Position numbers and translations under genes: made by a program
In this document: positions 28,902 to 39,128 of the stretch, in pieces
Numbering within the stretch: position 1 is the stretch's first letter
How the letters are laid out: each line of letters begins with the position of its first letter
Assembly: GCA_951406725.2 (NCBI GenBank)
Contig: OX597831.1
Span: forward strand, 80,848,001-80,912,000
DNA: 64,000 nucleotides
Direction: 5' to 3'
Origin: Octopus vulgaris
Lineage: Eukaryota
The notes under the pieces: generated by a model
The model's input: the letters and a program-made list of their open reading frames with translations, nothing else
Database searches by the model: none
What the model was told of the DNA's origin: nothing

Positions 28902-29345
28902 TATCTGAGGCTAAAGAGAAAGAGGGGAAGGGAGAGGGAAGAAGAAGGATTTCCTTTGGTCTGCTGGACTCCAAGGGGGTTCTAAGAATTTCAGCTTTGA
29001 CCACTTCAGTGTCACTGAGTGTGTGGTGGTGGGTAGGCAGGCAGGCCATAAATTACACCTTTTATCATTTTGAAGATGGTCAAATGCCGTTTGGGGTCTA
29101 AGAACTCTTTCCACTTTTTATGATCGTTTTTTGGAGGTGTGTGTGTGTCTGTGTGTGTGTCTGTGTGTCCGTGGGTGTTTGTGTGTGCGCGTGTGTGTGT
29201 GTGCGTGTGTGTGGAAAATAAAAATAAAAATAAAATATATAATTCAGGGTGAATACTTGATAATTGTAAGCACCTGTATATGCCAGTTAGTGGTGTAGGT
29301 GATAGAGTATATTTATCAAAAGAAAAACATGATGCAAAGGACTTA

Positions 29346-29433
29346 GCGGTACATATGTTTCTGGCTTTTATTAGACAGTTTATATCAATGCATAATTGAT
29401 GTAATATGTATGTCAATAGCCTTCTTCAGCCGC
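29346..29433 (-). ncRNA. Type I hammerhead ribozyme with extended stem II
   Basis: Minus strand reads GCGG-CTGAAGA-AGGCTATTGACA...TGTCTAATAAAAGCC-A-GAAAC-ATAT-GTA-CCGC: stem I GCGG/CCGC, palindromic stem III (ACATATGT), predicted GUA cleavage triplet. Confidence 0.75.
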
Positions 29434-30031
29434 GCACAATTACTACTCCAAGGACATGTATTACATTATAGTTTGGGAAAAAGACGATTGCACCAAAACA
29501 AAAACAAAGCGTCCATCCCGTTTTTCACTCGATGTAGAATTTTTTTCTGTACCCTACGTTATCTTCCGTCCACCCTTTTATTTCTTTACCCCCTTATATT
29601 TCTTTATCCCTTTATATTTTATTTTTATTTTCTATTTTTTATCGTTATTTTTCGTCTTTATTTTTTTTCGCTTCTTTATCTTTATTTATATTCCCATGTT
29701 TTTTCACGTCTTTGTATATTTATATATTTATATATTTATATACTTTTTATATTTTTATATTTTTTATATTTTTTTAAATTTTTAATCTTTTACTACATTT
29801 TCCACCTACTACTCTCCCTCTTCGTGATCCCTAACTCATTAAAGATTCACCCCCCTCCAACTCCTTCCCTTTTTATCTCAACATCCAACCTCCTCATTCT
29901 ACATCGAGTGAAAAACGGGATGGACGCTTTGTTTTTGTTTTCCCAAGTCAATTAATACATTAAAACTAAAATGTAATACATGTCCTTGGAGTAGTAATTG
30001 TGCGCGGCTGAAGAAGGCTATTGACATACAT
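29406..30031. mobile_element. Inverted-repeat (Penelope pLTR-like) element with ~135-bp arms
   Basis: 29406-29540 is the reverse complement of 29896-30031. It abuts (TA)n, and the left arm overlaps the hammerhead. Confidence 0.75.
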
Positions 30032-30041
30032 GTTTTTCTTT

Positions 30042-30098
<57 letters not shown>

Positions 30099-30128
30099 CA
30101 CACACACGTATATATATATATATATATA

Positions 30129-30706
30129 AAAAATAAGGGTGAAAAAATTGGATATTAATTTGATAATACCATCAATTTTACACCAAGTGGCTTAGCGCAT
30201 AAAAACCAGGGATACAATAAAAATTTATACACAAATATAAGAGAGTGACCACTATATGGTCGACTCTTGCGCTAAAAATAGATCCGCTATGGTATCAACC
30301 ACTAAAAATTGTTTCCAAGGAGAATCAGCACAATATTTAACGTAAACGAGCAGGGCAAATGAAAAATAACAAAAATGTAGATTAACTCTAGACAATTGTT
30401 TCTCTATTAATGTATTATGCAATTTTACTTACATAACATATCCATAGGTCATCAGTAGAATTTGTCTTGAATACAATTTATTAAACCGCACGCTAAATTT
30501 TAACAACGTCAAACACACGTGTGGCTTAGTCGATTATACTCGCAGTTATGATTCAAATTCCCTCGCTAAAGCGCGCTAAGACTTCCGGAAACAAATATAT
30601 CTGTGTATAAATTTTTATTGTATCCCTGGTTTTTGTGCGCTAAGCCACTTGGTGTTAAATTGATGGTATTATTAAATTAATATCCAGTTTTTTCACTCTT
30701 ATTTTT
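30129..30706. mobile_element. Inverted-repeat (Penelope-like) element with ~105-bp arms and a central hammerhead
   Basis: 30129-30233 is the reverse complement of 30602-30706. The element begins in a (TA)n run. Confidence 0.75.
30384..30462 (-). ncRNA. Type I hammerhead ribozyme, canonical core
   Basis: Minus strand reads AATTCTA-CTGATGA-CCTATGGATATGTTATGTAA...TTGCATAATACATTAATAGA-GAAAC-AATT-GTC-TAGAGTT: 7-bp stem I, long stem II, palindromic stem III (ACAATTGT), GUC cleavage triplet. Confidence 0.85.
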
Positions 30707-31549
30707 GATCTTTATTATACTGCAGTAAATTTTTTATGCAGTATTTGTGAAAATAAGTCGTGTTACTTGCACACGGTGCTCGGAACATAAAAGAGGGGAC
30801 AAGCTTCAGTCAATATAGATTGGCCCTGGGCCTTGGAGATTCGATTAGGGGTCTGTGAGCATGAAAGAGATTCCTCCCTAGACTAAAATAAAATAAAACT
30901 CTCAGATCTCAAAACTGTGGCAGCCCACTGTCCCCGATGATGATGATTGGTGCCAGGCTGAGCCCAACTTCCTTATCAAAAAGACCATCTCCAACTCTCA
31001 ACTCAAACAATAAACGTATCAAGTTGTGGTTTCAAGTGCATCATCATCGTTTAACATCTGCTTTCCATGCTAGCATGGGTTGGACGAATGACTGAGGGCT
31101 GGTGAACCAGATGCTGCACCAGGTTCTAATCTTGATCTGGCAGAGTTTCTACAGCTGGATGCCCTTCCTAACGTCAACCACTCCGAGAGTGTAGTGGGTA
31201 CTTTTACATGCCACTGGCACGGGGCCAGTCAGGCGCTACTGGCAACGATCACGCTCGAATGGTGTCTTTTACATGCCACCGGCACGGAGGCCAGATAGCC
31301 GCTCTGGCAGATCGTGCATTGTACTTTTCTTTTTTTTAAACAAACCTGTTATCAACGAAGCTTCCATGCCTTTTGACCAATGGAAACAGAGCATTTCATC
31401 CTCTTCTCCCTCCTCTCTCTCGCATCACTCTCATTCTTGCTCTCCTTTCATTCTAGCTACGTGCCTATACATCAACACACGCTAATTATATATATATCTA
31501 CCCTCACTCATCTGTCAGGGTAACTACATCTTCACAAATCACACACACA

Positions 31550-31589
<40 letters not shown>

Positions 31590-31920
31590 CCATCCCTCTT
31601 TCCCCACACACATATTGCCTTCCATTACACATTAGGTACAGATAAAAGGAAAAGAAAACTAGCTCAACGGTTGCAATTCAGTTAAACTCACTGAATTGTT
31701 TATCGCCGAAACATTACATTCAGGAACAAGAGTTTAGTACAAACGACAACACAAACAACAGCAACAAAAGCTTCGACAACAACAACAGCCACAAACACAA
31801 CTGCTAACCACTAGATGTAACACTTGGTGATCTCAATAGCAATCTATACCAACGACAGCAGCGAAGGTAACAACACCTCCGACAACAACGCGCGAAGAAT
31901 AGCACAGCGAACCAACCAAG

Positions 31921-32781
31921 ATGACAACAGCCGGCATCCACCTTCTCAACTCCTCCTGTACATCATATAAGAACATACAAGATGATAGTATGCAAAACCA
32001 TTCCTTCAGGAACTATGACAAACATGACTCCGATTCCCAGGTGTACAACACCTACAAGCAAATGCACACCTTTCAAACTGTCGACTTCGTGAAAGAATCC
32101 CACGGCCGATGGACCAAATTCGATCACGCTGAAATGTCCATAATGGAAGCTCTGGAAATGTTAAACGACTTGGTGGATGAGTCCGACCCGGATATCGATC
32201 TCAGTAACTCTTTCCATGCGTTTCAAACGGCAGAAGGAATCCGTAAGGAGTACCCCGACGAAGACTGGTTTCAGTTGACGGGACTCATACATGACCTGGG
32301 TAAAGTTATGGCCCTGTGGGGTGCACCGCAGTGGTCGGTGACTGGTGACACCTACCCGGTCGGCTGTAGACCAGCTCCTTCAGTCGTTTATGCCGACAGT
32401 ACTTTCAACGACAACCCCGACTTCAACAACCCAAAGTACAACACGAAACTCGGTATTTACGAAGAACACTGTGGTCTGAGTAAGGTACTCATGTCTTGGG
32501 GCCACGATGAGTATATGTACCAAGTACTGAAACACAACACTTGTTACTTACCCGAGGAAGCTCTCTGTGTCATTAGATACCATTCTTTCTACCCGTGGCA
32601 CAACAGTAATGATTATGGTTACCCGTGTGACAACAAAGACCAGGAAATGTTGAAATGGGCAAAACATTTCAGCCCGTTCGATTTGTATACCAAATCACCC
32701 GTCATTCCGGATGTTGACGAAATCCGACCATATTACGAAAGATTGATTGAAAAATATGTCCCGGGTAAACTAAAATGGTAA
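31921..32781 (+). CDS. MIOX: Myo-inositol oxygenase (inositol oxygenase), 286 aa, intronless CDS
   Basis: FRNY, MHTFQTVDFV, LVDESDPD, HAFQTAEGIR, GLIHDLGK, PQW.VTGDTYPVGC, MSWGHDEY, IRYHSFYPWH, FDLYTKS and C-terminal KYVPGKLKW. All di-iron His/Asp ligand motifs are present, and there is an in-frame stop just upstream of the ATG. Confidence 0.97.
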   Translation: MTTAGIHLLNSSCTSYKNIQDDSMQNHSFRNYDKHDSDSQVYNTYKQMHTFQTVDFVKESHGRWTKFDHAEMSIMEALEMLNDLVDESDPDIDLSNSFHAFQTAEGIRKEYPDEDWFQLTGLIHDLGKVMALWGAPQWSVTGDTYPVGCRPAPSVVYADSTFNDNPDFNNPKYNTKLGIYEEHCGLSKVLMSWGHDEYMYQVLKHNTCYLPEEALCVIRYHSFYPWHNSNDYGYPCDNKDQEMLKWAKHFSPFDLYTKSPVIPDVDEIRPYYERLIEKYVPGKLKW

Positions 32782-33610
32782 TTTTTTTTTAAAGCAAGAA
32801 AAACCTTGGATTCTTCCAATTATTAATGGACAATTGAAGCTGTTCGAATATTTTGGTAACCCACCATCCAGCTGCCCATCACCCCCAAAAAAAGAAAAAG
32901 AAAAAAAAACAAAACAAAAAAAACTTTCGAATATTTCAGAGGTACTGCAGAGTAAAACCTTTTCTTCCATAAATAGCAGTGGTTGGAAATGGGGTCCATA
33001 TGATCCTTGAGGGTCCGTGTAAGATTTTGTTAAAATTTCTGTACAATAAATCGGATTTATTTCTACAACATACAATCTATTTTAATGATTTTTTAAATAC
33101 AATTCCTCGTAATCTTTAATTATAAAAATTCCACCGAGGTCTACTTTGCCTTTTATCCTTTCGGAACCGATATAATCGACTGGACTTTCCCCCCAAAAGA
33201 ATATTTAATTACAAAAAACATAATAGAACTTGTGTAAAGAATGGAATGGCTATATATATACATGTTATAATTTGTATTCTTATCTTATATGTATTGAATT
33301 ATAAGATATATATGTATGCTATTAAGGTTCTCATTTTGTTGAATTAATAAATAATCCAACATTCTAATATCTGAAAGTTGATGAACAAACTAAATTTGTT
33401 TCTCCATTTTCTTATTTGTATTATAAATTTACGGTAAAAATATTTCTTTACCTTCACCCCATTAATACAATAAATGAGTTAATTGCATTGCAATTAAAAT
33501 CATTTATGTATTAAGAATCTGGGTACTTTACCAACAGTATATTGGATAAATACTATCCCTTAGTGGCTTACACCCATAACCCTTAACTTACTTTGTTATA
33601 TATATATATA

Positions 33611-34676
33611 CTAGCATTAAAGACCCGTCGTTGCCGGGTCATAGTCCTAGTGTATGTATATATATATGTGTACATATTACATGTACATCTATATATATAC
33701 ATCTACACATAAAATGCAAAATACAAAGTTATATCTTGATATCGCTAGTGATAACAATACTCAATATATATAACAGACTGGAATTGTTAGCTCTTCTTTT
33801 TTTCTCTACATTGTATACTTTATAGACAATAGTCTTTTCTTTAATTTAATTTTTTATTATCCATCTGGACTATTACATTTCTGCACGCTAATTTTATTTT
33901 TAATTTATTCCCATTCATGTGAAATTGCTATTTTTACTTATGTTATGTTACGATTATATTATACTTTAGTTTGATTTTAATTATTACTTACTACATATAA
34001 TTCAATTGTTATTATTATTTTTATTGTTAAAATGAAAGCATCTGACATAAAATAGAGAAATGTTTTTTGTTTCACTTTTAACACGTAATACTGAAATAGT
34101 GGAGAAGATATGATATTGCTTTGGGCTCGCTCTAGGCAAGAAGTTGAAAATTTCTTTTGCCCATGAAACTACATGGACCCTAAGTAAGGCATGTGTAAAA
34201 TTTGAATGAAATTGGTTGTGTAGTTCTCAAGTTTTAGGGAAACACACAGACAGACAGACAGACACACATTCTCAGTTTAATATATATCTTCTTTATATAT
34301 AAAAGTAAGGTTGTGTGTCTGTCTACTCCGATTTAGATTCCTAACTACTCCCACATTTCGCGGTGCAGTTTAACCAAAACCGGGTGTCTTATAGTCGTGA
34401 TTCATATCGAGCCCTTCTGGGTATTAGCGCGCGTCTACGATGAGTCTACGATTATAAAAATAATTTACCATAATTTTTTCCATTTTAATGCATATTTTTT
34501 TAAAGGGAAGTAACTCTCTAAAAATGTCTACGATGAGTCAACGATTTAAAAAAAATTTACCATCATATTTTTTCCATTTTTAATGCATTTTTTGCTATTT
34601 TTTGGCTATAACTCTCTAAAAATGCTTTATAGTTATTTCCCTTACAAACCCGAGCAACGCCGGGCGATACTGCTAG
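33611..34676. mobile_element. Two tail-to-tail non-autonomous Helentron/HINE-like elements (33611-~34285 +, ~34286-34676 -)
   Basis: Each starts with TACTAG...CCCG..(hairpin)..CGGG and ends with (ACAG)n...TTTATATAT, inserted in (TA)n. A partial copy of the second lies at ~2755-2850. Confidence 0.6.
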
Positions 34677-35097
34677 TATATATATATGCATGTACCTACA
34701 TATACACACTCCATAAGTCTGAAGATGTGTTTACGGAACTGAGTAATGTCGGGGCTGAGACAATTTATTAAATTCTTTAAACTCAAACTACGTGGATTGA
34801 GTATTTCTTTCTTTCGTTTGCGCATGATACATGTGTGTGTGTGTGTGTTCTTTTATTTGTTTGTCATTTGACTGGGGCCATGCTGGAGCACTGCCTTTAT
34901 TCGAACACATCGACCCTCACACACACACACACAGTACCAATTTGACGCAATCTACACACCGCCTTGCATAATAGACTGTTCACTCACTCGTATGTTTGTA
35001 TGTGTGTGTACACGCATATAGGCATACATATAGCTGTGTGGTTAAGAAGCTGTCTTCGCAACCAAGTCACTTCAGGTTCAGACCAACTGAATGGCAC

Positions 35098-35236
35098 CAG
35101 GGCCGGCCCTAGTTTTGCTGGTGCCCTGACCTTCAACATGTACAAGATGACGGTCATTGAAATGTCCTTGTATTTGTCACGCCCTCCTTGGCGCCCCGGC
35201 GACTGTTCGAGTTGCCGGTACCTTGAACCGACCCTG
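35098..35236. mobile_element. hAT-type MITE (139 bp) inserted in a family-B SINE
   Basis: Termini CAGGGCCGG...CCGACCCTG with an 8-bp TSD (AATGGCAC / CATGGCAC). Confidence 0.8.
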
Positions 35237-36396
35237 CATGGCACACTGAGCAAGTGTCATCTCCTGTGGTCTTGGGCCGACCAAAACCCTGTGAGTGGAT
35301 GTGATAGACGGAAACTAAAAGAAGCCTGAGCCCCGTGCTAGTAGGGTATTAAGAGCACCATCCGAGCGTGATCGTTGCCAGAGCGGTTATCTGGCCTCCG
35401 TGCCGGTGGCACGTAAAAGACACCAATCGAGCGTGATCGTTGCCAGTACTGCCTTACTGGCACCTGTGCCGGTGGTATGTGTTAAAGATTCGAGCGAGGT
35501 CGTTGCCAGTAACGCTTGACTGGCCCCCGTGCCAGTGGCACGTAAAAGCACCCACTACACTCTCGGAGTGGTTGGCGTTAGGAAGGACATCCAGCAGTAG
35601 AAACTCTGCCAGATCAAGATTGAAGCCTGGTGCAGCCATCTGGTTCACCAGCCCTCAGTCATTCGTCCAACCCATGCTAGCATGGAAAGCGGATGTTAAA
35701 CGATGATGATGATGATGATGATGATGAATGAGTGTCTCCTAGTTTTGAGAACGCGTGGTAGTCGTAAAATGATGGTCACTGCCATACAAGCATAGTCATT
35801 CATTTCCGATATTCTGCAAGAACATATTACGGCCATGGGAAAAGATAACCTTTCCCGAAAACAGGCGATGATTAACGAAATGAAGGCTCTTCAGGCTGTG
35901 GAAAATCTGCTTTGATAAGCTTTGTCGATCCATGCAAACATTGAAAAGTGGACATTAACGAATTCTATCGAAGAAGACTCCATTTTAGCGAACTGGGGGG
36001 AACTTCCCCCTCTCCTCAATTTTATCCAGGCATTATGTCTCCGTACTACAAGAGCCCCTGATTTTACAATACTGTTCATTAACGGAAATTTATACGCGCT
36101 AAGCACACACACACTTATAGACTATGTAGGGGAGATAATACAAAACCAAAAGTTATGTCCCTTAGTACGATGTTTCAATTATTAGACTGCGCCAATGCCT
36201 GGACATCGGCCTTGAAGAGTTTTAGTCAAACGAATCAACCCGAGTACTTGCTATTTCAAGAGCCCGATATATTTTATTGGCCTCTGCTGCCGAACCGCTA
36301 TGTCACGAGCACTTAACACAGCAACACCGGTTGTCGTGCGGTGGTGGAAGTGGGAGCAAACACACACACACACATATGTGTGTGTGTGTGTGCATG

Positions 36397-36470
<74 letters not shown>

Positions 36471-36537
36471 GGAGTAAGCATATAAATGTGAAACAAGGTG
36501 GAAAAAAGAGTACTCAAATAACAGAGGTAGAGTAATA

Positions 36538-36684
36538 TGCTTTATTTAAAAGCAGCAGACATATAACAAAAGCTGTTACTCCGAGTTTCACGTTCCCGTT
36601 CGTCGGACAGTTTTGTCCGATGAACGGGAACATGAAACTCCGAGTAAAAGCTTTTGTTATATTTCTGCTGCTTTTAAATAAAGT
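36538..36684. repeat. Palindrome with ~72-bp arms carrying a hammerhead on each strand
   Basis: GCTTTATTTAAAAGCAGCAGA...GGACA / TGTCC...TCTGCTGCTTTTAAATAAAG, flanked by (TA)n. Confidence 0.88.
36573..36610 (-). ncRNA. Minimal type I hammerhead ribozyme (variant core CCGACGA)
   Basis: Minus strand reads CTGT-CCGACGA-ACG ggaa CGT-GAAAC-TCGGA-GTA-ACAG with all three stems intact. A mutated mirror copy lies on + at 36613-36650. Confidence 0.75.
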
Positions 36685-36685
36685 G

Positions 36686-36718
<33 letters not shown>

Positions 36719-37329
36719 TAAACACTAATTTCACCGACGTCATGGAACAGCAGTTAAGACCGACTGTTACAGAAACCACGGAGTAAGCTGCCACGCTAAG
36801 TGAGGCACTGGTAAAATTTCGAAATATATCCATGGTGTACGGGATGTTTAGGTCTTCGATGAGCTAAACCCGGTTTTCGTGCTGCCAGTCAATTTCAGGG
36901 TTAACTTCCCAGCTATTGTTGGAACTCATTTCATAGCTGAGTAGATCGGAGCAACTTGAAATGTTTTGCTCAAGGATTCAACGCACCACCAGGTCGCAGA
37001 ATCGAAACCGTGACCTTGCGATTGTTAATGCAATACCCGAACCAATAAACCAAGTGATGTCACATAATTTCGAAAACAATTTTCAAATCTAAAATATTTA
37101 GAAAAAAAATATTAGAAAGCAATTGGTTGACGTAAAATCGTGCTTGAAAGAGATGAAATGGCAAAGCCATTATAAGGTTGAATAAAATGGTTTGCGTTAT
37201 TTGTTCAAATCCCGCTGAGGTTAACACCGTCTTTCACCTTTTCGGGGATCGATTAAAATAAAAATATGTGAAAACCATTCTTTGACCAGAGCGATGGTTT
37301 GGCGGAATCGTCTTCGTGTGAACGTGACC

Positions 37330-38020
37330 TGAGCGTTATTGTCGACAGCGATTTACGTTGGACAAAACTGCCAAGAAGGCTAAGGGTGTCTTGGCATCAC
37401 CCACCAAGTCCTTTGTGAGCCACTCTCCGGCTTTATATAGCTATGGTAAGACCTCATCTAGAATTTGCATCATCGGTCTGGAACCCCTATCTTGCCCAGG
37501 ATATTAATCGTCTGGAAGCCGTTCAGCGACGTGCAACCAAGAGAATACCCTCCATCACGCATTTGCCATATTCTGAACGCCTTACTTCCCTGGGCATGGA
37601 TACATTGAAACTCCGACGTCTGGTAGCTGACTTGGCAGACACCCTTAAAATTATTAACCATCTTACAAACAATAACTCTGAGCTTCTTTTCAAACTCCAC
37701 CCGTGGACATGTTTACAAAGTCAGAAAACAGCACAGCTCCCATGACTTTCGGAAGCATTTTTTCACGCTAAGAGTTGCTGAAGCATGGAACAAACTGCCG
37801 GCATCAGTTGTTAGTTGTCGGAGCATTGCATCCTTCAAAACTTCCATGCTTCCTGAGATTCGTTAACACCACACCTGATTTTCTCCCCTCCATACACACG
37901 CAAGCATGTATCTGACTCATACACTGTTCACTTGTCAGACATTTGTACATTACTGTATATGCTTTATACGCACTTTTGACGAGTTGTGGTGCACCTGAGC
38001 ACTGTATACAATAATTTCAT
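37330..38020 (+). mobile_element. CR1/L2-group LINE 3' fragment
   Basis: MVRPHLEFASSVWNPY...LEAVQRRATKRIP...YSERL..LGMDTLKLRR, then FFTLRVAEAWNKLP. Confidence 0.9.
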
Positions 38021-38295
38021 TATATATATATATAATTGAAAGGACGCAAAGAACTGGTTAATCTGTTCCGACAGCAACACCTGCGATGGTACTTGTGCCA
38101 CGCTGAGATCAGCAGCTTGGTGACGTAGAGAGGGGACACACCTGCTAGTCTTCTTCAAACAATCTTGTTCAGCCCTGTACATATTTGTGCAGTTGGTATC
38201 TCTTCCATCCAGCTTTTTGCGTCTGCGATAAACTGGTATCAAACCAGGATGCGCCTTGAGGTTGAGACGCTTTTGGAAAACAACTCGGGTCCGGC

Positions 38296-38358
38296 TACGG
38301 TTCCGGCTTAGAGGCGTTCAGCCGTTATCGCTCAGAGGCAGCCTGGCACCACCGCTCT
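38296..38358 (-). pseudogene. 28S rRNA fragment (3' region), degenerate
   Basis: CTTAGAGGCGTTCAGCCGTTATC... matches the antisense of the conserved LSU segment (GACTTAGAGGCGTTCAGTCATAATC). Confidence 0.65.
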
Positions 38359-38870
38359 ATCGTACTGGACGGGATAGCCGTAGCTGAGTTGACGTTGCCG
38401 ACGCCCGCCTAAGGTTGGCCGGAGAAACGCCGGCGGCACGGCCAGGACATCAAACCAGGATCGGCAGCTTTTCCATTGAATAAACACCAACGAAATGGAG
38501 AAAAGAGATTTCCAGTTAACCTCAGAATATATTGCCCAGTCCTATGTAGCTGGTATGCGATCTAGAACCAACACTGCGACAATATTGGTATTAAGTCTGT
38601 ATTGGCCCAAGTCCGCAGTTTAACCCCTGGATAAACAGCGGTGGTATAGAGAAGAGAGATTACCTGTCCACCTCAAAGTATAATTGTCCTGGCCAGTAGA
38701 TACAGGTGCAGCTGTTACCTGTTCCTCTCCTTTTACATTCAAATAGAAACATCTGCGATGGGAATGGTATCAAGCAGTGCCGGTCACTCAGCAGCTTTTC
38801 TCCTGAATTAGCATCGGTGTTATGGAGAAGAGAAACTACCAAGCCTCGACATGTATAGATGCATGGTTAA

Positions 38871-39128
38871 CAGAAGGTCTCTGACGTGCAAATCGATCAT
38901 CGGAACCGTGTGTAGGGGCGAAAGACCAATCGAGCTGTCTAGTAGCTGGTTCCCTCAGGATAGCTGGCGCCAGCGGAAGAACGACACGCAACTCCATCCA
39001 CTCTCGAACTCGGAATGGGCTGCTCCTCTCCCGATCGGAGGCGGCCACATATAGCAGCCATTGCGACGAATGCACGGTGCCAAGTGGGCCACTTTTGGTA
39101 AGCAGAACTGGTGATGTGGGATGAACCT
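38871..39128 (+). pseudogene. 28S rRNA fragment, degenerate with internal deletions
   Basis: CTGACGTGCAAATCG, TAGGGGCGAAAGACCAATCGA, TCTAGTAGCTGGTTCCCTC|AGGATAGCTGG and GTGGGCCACTTTTGGTAAGCAGAACTGG..GGGATGAACC are conserved eukaryotic LSU motifs in the correct order. Confidence 0.9.

Noticed and set aside
29410-29955. 181-aa hydrophobic ORF
   Set aside because: T-rich low-complexity spacer of an inverted-repeat element. Its start is mirrored in the opposite arm.
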